Notes under the pieces: model-generated
Told to the model about the DNA's origin: nothing
What the model saw: only the letters and a program-made list of their open reading frames with translations
The model's database searches: none
Made by a program: the position numbers and the translations under genes
Assembly (NCBI GenBank): GCA_048938005.1
Contig: JBHLMQ010000011.1
Location: 31,134 to 95,133, forward strand
DNA length: 64,000 bases
DNA from: Promethearchaeota archaeon
GTDB taxonomy: Archaea; Asgardarchaeota; Lokiarchaeia; Sigyniarchaeales; SOKP01
Reading direction: 5' to 3'
Shown here: piece by piece, positions 10,378 through 20,890 of the stretch
How positions within the stretch are numbered: position 1 is the stretch's first letter
Layout of the letters: every line of letters begins with the position of its first letter

Positions 10378-11477
10378 ATGGAGGGGTATAATTAATCCTG
10401 GCTCAAATTTTATTAACAGGAGAGGAAGGTGTAGGGAAATTAACAATCTTGAATCTATTCCCAGGTGAAAATATTTTAGAAATAGACTTACATTTGAATG
10501 AAATTTTTAAAAAATCAATTGAGATAAGAGGGCTCAATGGTATAAAACAATGTATGTTAAGAGTTATCGATTTAAAAGAATTAGTTAGGAATTTAAGATC
10601 ATATAAAGATCTATTACAATCAATTGATATAATTTGTATTATCACAAATTCGCAACTAAGAAATTTAAAAAGTACTCGTATATTGTTATCAAAACTAAAA
10701 CAAAAAGTCCCTGAAGCAAATTATTATGTAATTGCTAATTTTCAAGATAGAAAGCGAATAGTTTTAGAAGTAGAAGAAGTTGAAAAAATGTTAGAAGAAA
10801 AAACGTTTGGATTTTCAGCAGTTCAGAAAGATTCTATGGATAAATTAATTTCTATTATTAAAAATATGTTAAAATTAACAAAATTAGAGAAAGAGATAAA
10901 AACTATCTCTAAGATAGAAATTATATCAAAAGAGGAAAAGAAGGAATCTATTATTAAAGCCAAGGAGAATTATTCAAATATTTGGTCAGAATTAGAGGAA
11001 GCAAGAATATTAGATAATCAAGGAAAAAAGCTCATTGCTGCAAAAAAGTTCTCCAGTGTTGCCTCTCATCTTAAAGAACTTGGTTCAGAAATAGAACTTA
11101 AACAAGAAGGAGAAAAGATTAATGGTTTACATTATTTGTGTAAAGCATGGGAGTTTATGGCACTTGCTGAAGAATATAAAGATCCTAAAAATTATTTAGA
11201 AGCAGCAAATCTCTTTACCGAGGCTAGTGAATGTATTCATGATAGTAAACTAAAACTATTAGCCTTAGGAAATTCAGAGTTATGTAGAGCACTAAAGTTA
11301 GGGCTTGAACTCTGTAAACTGAATCAAACTAAGAATAACTTAGAATATTACCCAAAAATAAAAATATTGATTAAAAAAGCTGTGGATTTATACAGAAAGG
11401 GTGGTTTTGAAAAAGAAGCAGAGTGGGCTTTAGATAAATCCTCTCATTTTAATGCCACCAATCACTCTAGTCCATAG
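10378..11477 (+). pseudogene. degenerate small GTPase + helical-repeat protein, frameshifted and 3'-truncated, copy 1
   Basis: ATG at 10378 aligns with the copy-2 start but one nt is missing after codon 4; P-loop reads GEEGVGKL; C-terminus is shorter than copy 2 and runs into the Ubl gene. Confidence 0.65.
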
Positions 11478-11705
11478 TTCTAATTTATCATTTTCTTTTA
11501 AACCAAAATCTTGAACGGCTTCTCTTATGGATAAGGAATTAGGTAATTCTTTACCTTTATAGACTAAAGCAAATGATCGATCTTCTAAGCTCATTGTGCC
11601 TAAATGTTTAACAACTATATTTATGATACTTTCAATCATATGTTTTTCATTAACATCTATTTTAATTATTTTCCCTTTTCTCGTATCTTCAACTGATAGT
11701 ATCAT
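11430..11705 (-). CDS. ubiquitin-like protein (…WTRVIGG + tail)
   Basis: Beta-grasp pattern LVYKGKEL...GLKENDKLEL and a di-Gly motif. Confidence 0.8.
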   Translation of the reverse strand: MILSVEDTRKGKIIKIDVNEKHMIESIINIVVKHLGTMSLEDRSFALVYKGKELPNSLSIREAVQDFGLKENDKLELWTRVIGGIKMRGFI

Positions 11706-11822
11706 AATATCTTGAATATTGTTTTTATTAATTCCTATTTAATAATTAACTATTTTACAATTTAAAGAATATTCTAATCAATTATTTTTAATTATTGTTA
11801 TTTAATTCATAGTTTATTAAGC

Positions 11823-11865
11823 ATTTTTAGATTTAACTTCGGAATATTTTAAAAAGTTCGAAGTT
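11823..11865 (-). repeat. inverted repeat / operator copy A
   Basis: 42/43 nt reverse-complement match to 13454-13496. Confidence 0.85.
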
Positions 11866-12055
11866 CCTTGAAATTTAAATCTAACCAGAGATAGTGATTT
11901 ATTTTAAGATTTAAATGTAGTATCTTGTTAAGATGAGATTAAATTATTTAAACAGGATTGAATTATCTCTATATTGAAATTATAAATATATGTTTTAAAA
12001 AAGTATAAACTAAATTATTTTAGAAAAAATAAGAGTTATATGGTGTTTTATTAAG

Positions 12056-13399
12056 ATTTGTGCTAAAAAATTAAATTATCCCCCACAAGAGATACTTACA
12101 CCTTCAGGGATTGAAAAGAAAGATTTTGAATATATTATTCTTTGGATGTTAACTAATAATGAAGAATGCAATTGGTCAGATTTTTCAGACGAACCCATAG
12201 AAATCAGCTTAGCTACATTATCAAAATATATGAATCAATTAATGACAAATGGATTTGTGGAAAAAAAAGAGAAGGGGATCTATAAAATTACAACCGAAGG
12301 TAAAAAACGATATTTTGATTTGCGATTTAAAGATTCTTATGACAAGAAATTAAGGTACCCCCCAGAAATCCTTCTAAATAAAAGAAATTATGACCACATT
12401 ATCCTTTGGATGTTGTTCAATAATGATTATTGTAAATGGTCAGATTTCCTCGAAAAACCTCTCTCAATTAATCACAATTCTCTTTCGAAAAATCTAAATC
12501 TTTTATTAAAAAAAGAATTTGTTGAAAAAGAAAAAATGGAATATCGAATCACTAAACAAGGTGAATTACAATATTCTAAAATGTTAAAAAAATATGATTT
12601 AGACTATCAAACTATTTTAGAAGAAGAAGTTAAAAGAATTGAAAATGCCAAAGAAAAGGTAAATGATCTTCTTGAAAAGTTCGAAATTGAGGAGGATGAG
12701 ATAAAAGTCATATTATTGGATTTAGTTAACCATGTAGACTATGCTACAATTGAAAACTTACTACCGTCAGAGGAGGATTATTATAGGATATTATTATTCT
12801 TTTCGTTGAATCATCCTTACAATTATCCAGAATACATATTACCTGAAATATTCTCTCTTAAATTTAATATTAAACTTGTCTCATTAAATTTCTTCATACA
12901 AAAAATTGTAGAAGAGAATTTGTGTGGAATAAAATTCTTTAAGTTAAGTATTAATGAGGACGGAACATATTATTTCCGAGTAGACGAAAAATTTGAGAAG
13001 ATGTTATATTTAATCATAGATGAGAATATTGTAAAATTTAGTTATCTAACTAAACTAAAACCAAGTATTCCAAATGAAAAACAAGTTTTACAAACAATGA
13101 GTTTAATAGAGAATATTGTAGAGGATATCTCGAATAAGTTGTTCGATGAAAATATAAAACCGCATATAATAAAATTCTTACCACAATATATCAAATATTT
13201 ATACTCGAAATTTCAGAGAACTGATTATACTAATGATGGAATGGAAAAGTTCAAAGGGATTGCTTATCAAAACATTATTAATTTAAATTGGGATGATTTC
13301 AATGAAATACTTCTCAAAAAGAAATTAATCACAAATCTTATGCATACTTTTCCGAAGTATACAATATTGGATAAAATCAAAAAGAAATGGGCAAAATGA
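12056..13399 (+). CDS. tandem winged-helix transcriptional regulator, copy 1 (probable ATT start; first ATG 12146)
   Basis: Two internal repeats YPPxE...IILWMLxNNxxCxWSDF...LS...Y.IT..G; homology extends 30 codons upstream of the ATG. Confidence 0.8.
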   Translation: MCAKKLNYPPQEILTPSGIEKKDFEYIILWMLTNNEECNWSDFSDEPIEISLATLSKYMNQLMTNGFVEKKEKGIYKITTEGKKRYFDLRFKDSYDKKLRYPPEILLNKRNYDHIILWMLFNNDYCKWSDFLEKPLSINHNSLSKNLNLLLKKEFVEKEKMEYRITKQGELQYSKMLKKYDLDYQTILEEEVKRIENAKEKVNDLLEKFEIEEDEIKVILLDLVNHVDYATIENLLPSEEDYYRILLFFSLNHPYNYPEYILPEIFSLKFNIKLVSLNFFIQKIVEENLCGIKFFKLSINEDGTYYFRVDEKFEKMLYLIIDENIVKFSYLTKLKPSIPNEKQVLQTMSLIENIVEDISNKLFDENIKPHIIKFLPQYIKYLYSKFQRTDYTNDGMEKFKGIAYQNIINLNWDDFNEILLKKKLITNLMHTFPKYTILDKIKKKWAK

Positions 13400-13453
13400 A
13401 TACTAAATTTATTATTTAGATCTATCCTATATTGTATTGAACGAATTTCAATA

Positions 13454-13496
13454 AACTTCGAACTTTTTAAAATATTCCGAAGCTAAATCTAAAAAT
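13454..13496 (+). repeat. inverted repeat / operator copy B
   Basis: AACTTCGAACTTTTTAAAATATTCCGAAGCTAAATCTAAAAAT, about 60 nt upstream of the 13554 start. Confidence 0.85.
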
Positions 13497-13553
13497 AAAT
13501 TGGTGAAGTAAAGATCAATTAATAAAAATTTAAATAAAAGAGGTTAAATATAA

Positions 13554-14240
13554 ATGAAAAAATCTAACTTAATGAAAAGTTTATTGGTGATAATTACTTC
13601 CTCAATATTTTTTTCGTGCTTTCTCCCGATTGCTTATTCTGATGAAGTTGGAATTTTCGATGGTATGGAAGTTAAACATACTTATACTCTCTCCCAAATG
13701 CCAGGAACAGAAATACCTATGATCTTTACGTTCTCTAAGTTGTCAGATGACATGTTTCATATTGAAAATGAATTGAAGGCTCCTATTTATGATACAGGTT
13801 CTTGGGATGTAAATACCAGCACAAGAGTTATATCAAATGTGAAGAAATTTGGCCCAGACGAAGGTGATCATGCGGTGTTTTGGATTTATACTGATGTTTC
13901 CCTTAATGATCAATTTTTGATGTGTAATTTATGGAAGGGCCAGCTTTCCCCTCCGGGTGACACTCTTTTCAATGTTACTGGTGAAGCGATGCATGGTTCT
14001 ATGGCAGTTTGGATATTAGAAGATGCTTATGGAAGTGAACTATGGTATGAGAAAACTAAAGGATTTTTTGTAAATGGCACAATTAGCTATGCTCCAGAAT
14101 GGAATCATTATGAGTTCGTGGAGACCAATGCCCTTCGTACAAGTGGAGCAGCGATTCCAGGATACAGTTATCTCTTCTTAATTAGTATTATAATTGCTGT
14201 CTCAATTATTATACTGAAAAAGCAGAAAATCAAAAAATAA
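13554..14240 (+). CDS. secreted protein with Loki-CTERM-type sorting tail (type A)
   Basis: Signal peptide; C-terminal IPGY-TM-basic tail; paralog of 31660. Confidence 0.8.
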   Translation: MKKSNLMKSLLVIITSSIFFSCFLPIAYSDEVGIFDGMEVKHTYTLSQMPGTEIPMIFTFSKLSDDMFHIENELKAPIYDTGSWDVNTSTRVISNVKKFGPDEGDHAVFWIYTDVSLNDQFLMCNLWKGQLSPPGDTLFNVTGEAMHGSMAVWILEDAYGSELWYEKTKGFFVNGTISYAPEWNHYEFVETNALRTSGAAIPGYSYLFLISIIIAVSIIILKKQKIKK

Positions 14241-14333
14241 AATTTAAATAAATTACTTTTTTTTCCTTTTTTTTATTCCTTTAACAATATAATTAAACTA
14301 ATAACATTCCAAGAAATATCTTTTATCTTTATC

Positions 14334-14594
14334 TTAAATTTTGCCCCCAATCACTCTAGTCCATAATATTAATTTATCTCCTTCTTTTAGATCAAATTTA
14401 TGAATTGCATCCTTAATGGTTATTGAATTTGGTAATTCTTTTTCATTGTAGATTAAGGAGTAAGATCTTTGTTCAGAGTTTGAAAATTGCTTATTTTGAA
14501 TAATATATTCGAGAATAGACCTAACTACCTGGTTAGGTTTAACATCTATTCTTATTAATTTCCCTGTTCTCGGATCTTCAACAGATAATCGCAT
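14334..14594 (-). CDS. ubiquitin-like protein (…WTRVIGGKI)
   Basis: Paralog of 11430; LIYNEKEL...DLKEGDKLIL, di-Gly. Confidence 0.8.
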   Translation of the reverse strand: MRLSVEDPRTGKLIRIDVKPNQVVRSILEYIIQNKQFSNSEQRSYSLIYNEKELPNSITIKDAIHKFDLKEGDKLILWTRVIGGKI

Positions 14595-14691
14595 AATAGT
14601 TTCATTTAATTTTTGATTCTGAATATCGCTTATTATACAATTAGGGAATCTATTATTTTTTTTATACTAATAATTAATTTAAAAATGTCAT

Positions 14692-14730
14692 TATTTAGAT
14701 TTAGGTTTGGAACTACTTTGAAAGTTCGAA
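14692..14730 (-). promoter_or_regulatory. operator copy C upstream of second Ubl gene
   Basis: Reverse strand reads TTCGAACT-TTCAAAGT-AGTTCCAAACCTAAATCTAAATA, same consensus as A/B. Confidence 0.75.
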
Positions 14731-14986
14731 TCTTTTTTAGGAATAAGCTTGGTTTCTTTATTGAATTTTATTAAGAGTCTTAAAAAAATTTAAGTAATAA
14801 TCCTTTTTTTCTGTAAGGATTAGCTTTCTATTCTAAAAGTTTACAAAAAAGTAGTAATAATTTTAAATAATTTCATCTTATCTATTTACATTAGTGAAAT
14901 ATTTAGCTTCCTTCTGAAATCTACTGCATATCAAGAACATTTATCAAAAAAAAATAAATAAATAAAAAAAAGCAGTTGATTGTCTT

Positions 14987-16684
14987 ATGGTAGAAGCCGA
15001 AATTAGTCCGAAAAAGAAAAAAAAGTTTTTTAAAGTACTGAATAAAAGACAAAAAATAGCAGTTGGAACAACGAGTATTATCGCTTTAGCGGCAATTGTT
15101 AGCGGTATTTATTTCTTTTTACAGCTGCCAAAGAAAAATTCTCTTGTTGTAGGTATTAATGGTGGCTTGTATGGTATTGAAAGTATTGATCCATTTAAAG
15201 CTTTTTTTCAGGAACGAATGGTAGTTGATCAGCTTGCTGAGTGTTTATTTGTTTATGATCCTTCTGGGGATCATTTTCAAATTAGTCCAAATTTAGCAGT
15301 AAATTATAGTTGGAATGGGAATTACACAGAATTAACATGTAGCCTTAGAAGAGGCGTGAAGTTTCACGATGGAACAGAATTCAATGCTACAGCAGTTCAA
15401 TGGAATTTTGACAGAATATGTTTTCTTGTTAATAACACACAATATTTTCAATATTTTAATTACCTTCATTGTTTTCCAAACGGCCGCAGGATTCTCAATA
15501 AAACTCAAGTTGTTGATGATTATATAATAAAATTTGTACTAAATGCACCCTATATTTCATTTAGAGCATTATTGACCCACTATTCCACAAGTATTTTATC
15601 CCCTACATCCACCCCGCATAACAATTTTACAGACATTACAGGGAATTTAATTGGGACTGGTCCTTTTATCCTTGATAGTTTTGAGCCTGGTGTCAAAGCT
15701 ATATTATCCCCTAATCTGAATTATTGGGGCGCGAAACCTAAGATTGATAAATTAATTTTTTCAGTGTTTTCTAATCGTAAAGCGCAATGGGACGCAATGC
15801 TTGCAGGAGATATTTCCATGTTGGATCCATTTTGGACATTTGGATATCAATTCAATTATTCATTAGATTTACTCAAAAATGATCCTCATATCACTGTACG
15901 AGAAGAAGGAACATGGGCTCATTTATCTTATATTGCCATGAATAATAAATTGATCAATATACCCATGAGAAAAGCAATCTCTTATGCCATTAACTATTCT
16001 TATATATTTGAAAAAGCTATACTTTATAATACCTCTATAAGATGTAGGTCTCCTATTCCAGTAGGATTATTATATTCTAATACAACTGGTATTAATCTTC
16101 CTTATTACAACATTACTATCGCGAGACGTACTTTAAAAGAAGCTGGTTGGGCTGGAACCGCTAACTTGACTGCAAATGATGATATTAGCCCTGGTAACGA
16201 ATGGGAGCAGTTAGTAACTGAGGGGACGCCTCTTGCAACATATAATCTTACACACTATATAGTTGACCAACGAAAAAATATCCAATCAATTCTATTACAA
16301 GATAATCTTAAACAAATTGGAGTTGAAATAGACCAAGCAGGTTATGTTCCATATAAGCATATTATGTTAACTGGCTGTGCGGCAGATTTTAATGATCCAG
16401 CTAACACGATCAATTTATTTTACTCAAATAACTCATTATTTTGTAATGATTGTCAATTTAATGACAATTTAACGCAGCAATGGATGGATCAAGCTATAAA
16501 AGACCCTAATCCTAATTCAAGAAGACAGTTATACAACAAAATTCAAAAACGTATAATTGAAGAGCTTTTTCCATGTGTATTGACTTATACCTATAAGAAT
16601 TTTGGTATCTATATTCGAAATTTAAGAGGATTTAACATAGATCCATTTAAACGAATAAAATTTAATGAGATTTATTTCGATTAA
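14987..16684 (+). CDS. membrane-anchored family-5 solute-binding protein, copy 2
   Basis: LRRGVKFHDGTEFNA, IGTGPF, RKAISYA. Confidence 0.9.
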   Translation: MVEAEISPKKKKKFFKVLNKRQKIAVGTTSIIALAAIVSGIYFFLQLPKKNSLVVGINGGLYGIESIDPFKAFFQERMVVDQLAECLFVYDPSGDHFQISPNLAVNYSWNGNYTELTCSLRRGVKFHDGTEFNATAVQWNFDRICFLVNNTQYFQYFNYLHCFPNGRRILNKTQVVDDYIIKFVLNAPYISFRALLTHYSTSILSPTSTPHNNFTDITGNLIGTGPFILDSFEPGVKAILSPNLNYWGAKPKIDKLIFSVFSNRKAQWDAMLAGDISMLDPFWTFGYQFNYSLDLLKNDPHITVREEGTWAHLSYIAMNNKLINIPMRKAISYAINYSYIFEKAILYNTSIRCRSPIPVGLLYSNTTGINLPYYNITIARRTLKEAGWAGTANLTANDDISPGNEWEQLVTEGTPLATYNLTHYIVDQRKNIQSILLQDNLKQIGVEIDQAGYVPYKHIMLTGCAADFNDPANTINLFYSNNSLFCNDCQFNDNLTQQWMDQAIKDPNPNSRRQLYNKIQKRIIEELFPCVLTYTYKNFGIYIRNLRGFNIDPFKRIKFNEIYFD

Positions 16685-16715
16685 TATATTCTAATACAAT
16701 AAAGTTTTGAGAAAT

Positions 16716-17744
16716 TCAATTTATACTTTTAAGATCCAAGTAAAAACTTGAATCAATGATTTCAAATATCAAATTATAATAGTAATTCACCTTATTTGTC
16801 AAAACATCATTTGAGGTAAAACAATGAATACCGACCGAAGCATTATTATATATAGCATCATTATATTCAAACCCATCTAGGCATTCGGTTAGGTCATGAT
16901 ACATACAATTCGGTTCAGTTACATGTCTGCTATTTCCATAGGGTATTTGAAATTTAGCCCCAATATTAGCACTGTTGTCATCATAATTTATATTTAGGAT
17001 TCCACCATTCATTATTACTTTACCTGTTATATTCGCCTCTAGATCGATATATTGAGAAATATAAATGTCGAAGTTTCCAGTTTCTATTGTAAAATTCCAA
17101 TAACTATTTTGTGTATATCTCGCATCAAAGGTCTTTAATTCAAAATTACCCAAATTAATTATCCCTGTCACATTTCCCCTGATAATACAGCTGTAAAAAT
17201 TATAGAAAACATTACCGTTGGTGAGATTTATTAATAAATTATTTATAGAAACACCAGATGGAACTGTTAGTTTAATATTTCCATCATATACTGTTGTTAT
17301 AATATCAAGAACGATATCAGATCTTATAGTTACTGAAATGCTGACATTTCTTTCAAAAAACTTTGAAGAATCAAACCAACTACCTGATATAAGCTTCATT
17401 GTAAAATTTACTGGAGAGCTTGTATTATGCCAAGCAATATTAAAGAAATCTAAATATGATTTCTCATTTAAACCTGAACCACTCATTTTAATATTCACAT
17501 TTATCTTCAAAATATAATTAACTGGTTGATCAGTATACTTTATATCGACGTTTCCTATATCCGAATAAATATTTAATTTTTCAATAGGTGATGGTGTACT
17601 TGGTGTATATTCATAGGTAATTGATTCATCAATCCTACCGTAGTTTGAATAACCGAGTAAAAGAATAGTAGTTGGAATAGTTGCAATGATAATAACTATG
17701 ATAATGTTTATTATAGCAATTGTAATTATACTTTTTTTCGCCAT
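16716..17744 (-). CDS. membrane-anchored beta-rich extracellular protein, copy 2
   Basis: Paralog of 7845 (YSNYGRIDES, KSYLD); start at MAKKSII chosen by alignment. Confidence 0.7.
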   Translation of the reverse strand: MAKKSIITIAIINIIIVIIIATIPTTILLLGYSNYGRIDESITYEYTPSTPSPIEKLNIYSDIGNVDIKYTDQPVNYILKINVNIKMSGSGLNEKSYLDFFNIAWHNTSSPVNFTMKLISGSWFDSSKFFERNVSISVTIRSDIVLDIITTVYDGNIKLTVPSGVSINNLLINLTNGNVFYNFYSCIIRGNVTGIINLGNFELKTFDARYTQNSYWNFTIETGNFDIYISQYIDLEANITGKVIMNGGILNINYDDNSANIGAKFQIPYGNSRHVTEPNCMYHDLTECLDGFEYNDAIYNNASVGIHCFTSNDVLTNKVNYYYNLIFEIIDSSFYLDLKSIN

Positions 17745-17945
17745 TATTGAGTTCATTAAATAAAGTGAAAAATCCTTCAAATTATTAGATAAGAGAGATT
17801 TATATTTAAATCATGCACATAAATAATACTTAAAGAACTCCTATTGAAATTTATATGAGAAATTAAAAATTTATTATATAGAATTCCTTAATTGGTATTT
17901 ATTAATTACATGAAAATGCTCAGGTGAATCCAAATACCAAATGGT

Positions 17946-18938
17946 ATAATCTTTGATCCAGTGGAACGTTTTTTTTCAAGTATGGCTATTTTTTTGTTTT
18001 TTATATCCAGTATTTTCTATATATCTAGAGGATTCAAAAGAGAAAAAAAAATTGAAAAGATTTTAATGTATGGATTTGGAAGTTTTTGGCTTATCGTTTC
18101 GCTTTCAAGGTTATTTTTTTATATCTTTGACTATATTTTAGAGGGAACTTATTCTGGTGATTTATATGTTATTATTGTAACTTCTGATGTTGTACTTTAT
18201 ATATTTTTATATTTCTATTTATATTTCTATATCTATATATTTATAAATATAATAATAATAATTGTGATATTTATTTGGTTTTCTTTTAAATCAAAACATG
18301 AGTTTCAAGCAATTTCTTCAATTATAACTATCGGATTTGTTACTTTTTTAATTGGATGGACTATTGAGGCAGTATTTATAAAAAATTTAAATATATTTTC
18401 ACCTGCCATCCCTTCGATATTGGTAATAATAGGAGCCATTATTGCAATTTTCCCATCAATAGGGTATTTTGAATTTTTTTCTAAGACTATTATTAAACTT
18501 TTTATTATAATAATGATAATTTTAATAGCGTTGTTTTTAGGTTTTAATCTATTCTTTAATCTTCAATTAATTACTTTGATTTTATTCATAATTTGGAGTT
18601 CAGTTTTTACACTTATTTTGGTGATAGGTTATGTAATTTATCGCTATGCTAAAAGAAGAGAATATCATATAGAAAAAGAAGAAATCCATGATACTATACA
18701 AAAATTTGCTCGACAACCAAAATTTAGCGTAGAAGATGTAAAGTATCACAGAGATAAAGGATTATGCCTTGTATGTAAAAATAAAATTTCAGGATTAACA
18801 TATGTTTGTCCTAATTGTAATGTATGGTATTGTATTAAATGCGCTGAAGCTTTAATTGGAATAGAAAATATTTGTTGGGTTTGTCAAACACCTTTAGACA
18901 GATCTAAACCAGTAAAAAATCAGAAAAAACTCCCATAA
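17946..18938 (+). CDS. multi-pass membrane protein with C4C4 RING-like finger, copy 2 (start ATA 17946 or GTG 17961)
   Basis: CLVC-x10-CPNC-x4-CIKC-x10-CWVC; IIFDPVERFF aligns with MTFDPLERFF. Confidence 0.8.
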   Translation: MIFDPVERFFSSMAIFLFFISSIFYISRGFKREKKIEKILMYGFGSFWLIVSLSRLFFYIFDYILEGTYSGDLYVIIVTSDVVLYIFLYFYLYFYIYIFINIIIIIVIFIWFSFKSKHEFQAISSIITIGFVTFLIGWTIEAVFIKNLNIFSPAIPSILVIIGAIIAIFPSIGYFEFFSKTIIKLFIIIMIILIALFLGFNLFFNLQLITLILFIIWSSVFTLILVIGYVIYRYAKRREYHIEKEEIHDTIQKFARQPKFSVEDVKYHRDKGLCLVCKNKISGLTYVCPNCNVWYCIKCAEALIGIENICWVCQTPLDRSKPVKNQKKLP

Positions 18939-19150
18939 GAAATATTATAAGGAAATAATGGAATATGTAAAAATGGGGAGTGAGTGAATCCTTTCAGTAT
19001 ATTAATTGTTAATAATCTTTAAAACTCTATATGAACTCTTTAATTAATGTTAGAATATATAACTAAATTAAATGCATCTAAAAAGAAAATCTAAGTTGAT
19101 ATTAAAAAATAAATCATTTGAAGTAATAAGCCAGTTATTCCAAAATATTA

Positions 19151-20434
19151 ATGGATGTGCATAGATTGATACCTCCAAGCATTTTAATTACAGGAGAAAA
19201 GAGTGTAGGAAAATCAACAATTTTAGATCTGTTTCCTAGTGAAAAGATTTTAGATATAGATGAAAATTTAAAAACAATGATAAAAAAACAAATTGAAATA
19301 GATAATTTGAAAGGTATTAACCAATGCATTCTCAGAGTTATAAATTTGGAAGATTTGGTCAGAGATTTCAAATCTTACAAAAATCTATTACAATTTGTTG
19401 ATATAATTTGTATTATAATAAATTCAACTATTAAGAATTTAGAAAGTACACATAAATTGCTCTTAAAATTAAAACAAAATATACAGGATATCGATTACTA
19501 TGTTATAAATAGTTTCCAAGATAGAAAAAAAGCTTTAGAAATGAAAAAAGTCGAAGAATTATTGGGAGAAAAAACCTTTGGATTTTCAGCCGTTCAGAAA
19601 GATTCTAAGGAACAAATGCTCTCCATTATCAAAGATATTTTAAGAATTTCTATTTTAAATAAGGAAGAATTTAAACGGTTAAAACCTGAAGAGAGAGGAT
19701 TAATCGATTTAAAAGAAATTACAACTAAACGGACTGAAGAAATTCTTAAAATGAAGGAAAAATATCTAGATCTCTGGTCAGAGGTAGAAAAAGCAAAAAT
19801 TTTAGAGAAGCAAGGAGAGCATTTCAGAGCGGGAAAAAAATTTTCAGATGTGGCTTCCCTATTTAAAGAAGCAAGTTCAGAATTACATATCAAACAAGAA
19901 AAGGAAAAAATCTGTGCGATGTATTATTTATGTAAAGCATGGGCGAGCATGGAATTAGCTCGAGAATATAAAGAACCTGAAAAGTTTACAGAAGCTGTGA
20001 AATTATTTACCCAAGCTAGCGAACATATATATGACAATGAATTAAAATTATTAACACTAGGAAATTCGGTGTTTTGTAAAGCTCTAGAGCTAGGATTAGA
20101 ATTTGATATTTTGGATGAAACTAGTCTTAAGGCAGAATATTATCCAAAAATAAAAGAAATGATTAAAAAAGCAGCTGATTTGTATAGAGAGGGTGGTTTT
20201 ATAAATGAAGCAGAATGGGCTCTAGCAACATCATCCTATTTTGATGCAATTTGGCATTTAATCAGAGCAGAAAAAGAAATAAATTTAGATGAGAAAAAAA
20301 GAATTATAGGTATCATTCCTGACATTTTTTTATCCTCAGCTAAACTATTCGGAAAAGCAGGGTATAAAGAAAAAGAAAAAGAAGTATTAGATTATTTAGA
20401 ACTGTTTCATAAGGAATGGGATAAAAATCGTTAA
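19151..20434 (+). CDS. atypical small GTPase fused to TPR/SNAP-like helical repeats, copy 2
   Basis: GEKSVGKST P-loop, NSFQD (G4-like), FSA (G5-like), no DxxG; Ala-rich helical C-terminal half. Confidence 0.75.
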   Translation: MDVHRLIPPSILITGEKSVGKSTILDLFPSEKILDIDENLKTMIKKQIEIDNLKGINQCILRVINLEDLVRDFKSYKNLLQFVDIICIIINSTIKNLESTHKLLLKLKQNIQDIDYYVINSFQDRKKALEMKKVEELLGEKTFGFSAVQKDSKEQMLSIIKDILRISILNKEEFKRLKPEERGLIDLKEITTKRTEEILKMKEKYLDLWSEVEKAKILEKQGEHFRAGKKFSDVASLFKEASSELHIKQEKEKICAMYYLCKAWASMELAREYKEPEKFTEAVKLFTQASEHIYDNELKLLTLGNSVFCKALELGLEFDILDETSLKAEYYPKIKEMIKKAADLYREGGFINEAEWALATSSYFDAIWHLIRAEKEINLDEKKRIIGIIPDIFLSSAKLFGKAGYKEKEKEVLDYLELFHKEWDKNR

Positions 20435-20474
20435 AAATTGAATAAATTATCCCAAATACAAAAAAAATATCTAG

Positions 20475-20747
20475 TTAAATCTTATTATTAGTTATTCCTC
20501 CAATCACTCTAGCCCATAAAGATAATTTATCATGTTCTTTTAAATCATATTTTTGAATTGCTTCTCCAATGGTTATTGAATTTGGTAATTCTTTTCCATG
20601 ATGGATTAGAGCATAGGATCTCTGTTCTGAATCTATGATACCCATATGTTCCACTACAAGTTTTATTATACTTTCAACATAATGGCTTCTTTTAACATCT
20701 ATTTTAATTGATTTTCCCAATCTCGTATCTTCAACTGATAGTAGCAT
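20475..20747 (-). CDS. ubiquitin-like protein (…WARVIGGITNNKI)
   Basis: Paralog of the other two Ubls; start MLLSVEDTR by alignment. Confidence 0.8.
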   Translation of the reverse strand: MLLSVEDTRLGKSIKIDVKRSHYVESIIKLVVEHMGIIDSEQRSYALIHHGKELPNSITIGEAIQKYDLKEHDKLSLWARVIGGITNNKI

Positions 20748-20890
20748 TAATTGATCATTTTGAATTATTATAAACAAGAAAAATTTTATTATCTAATTTT
20801 GGGGGTGATTAACATATTATATAAATAATTAATAAAAAATTCTCTAAATTTTTTCATTGCTTTTTTATAAATTATATTTTATCCTTCATT

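Noticed and set aside
11430-11705. ThiS/MoaD/SAMP sulfur carriers
   Set aside because: The pattern (LxYxGKEL...LKExDKL) is closer to the ubiquitin family, GG is not terminal, and there are no cofactor-biosynthesis neighbours
11823-13496. Insertion sequence with terminal inverted repeats
   Set aside because: The enclosed gene is a wHTH regulator with no transposase motifs, no target-site duplication is evident, and a third solo repeat copy lies upstream of another Ubl gene
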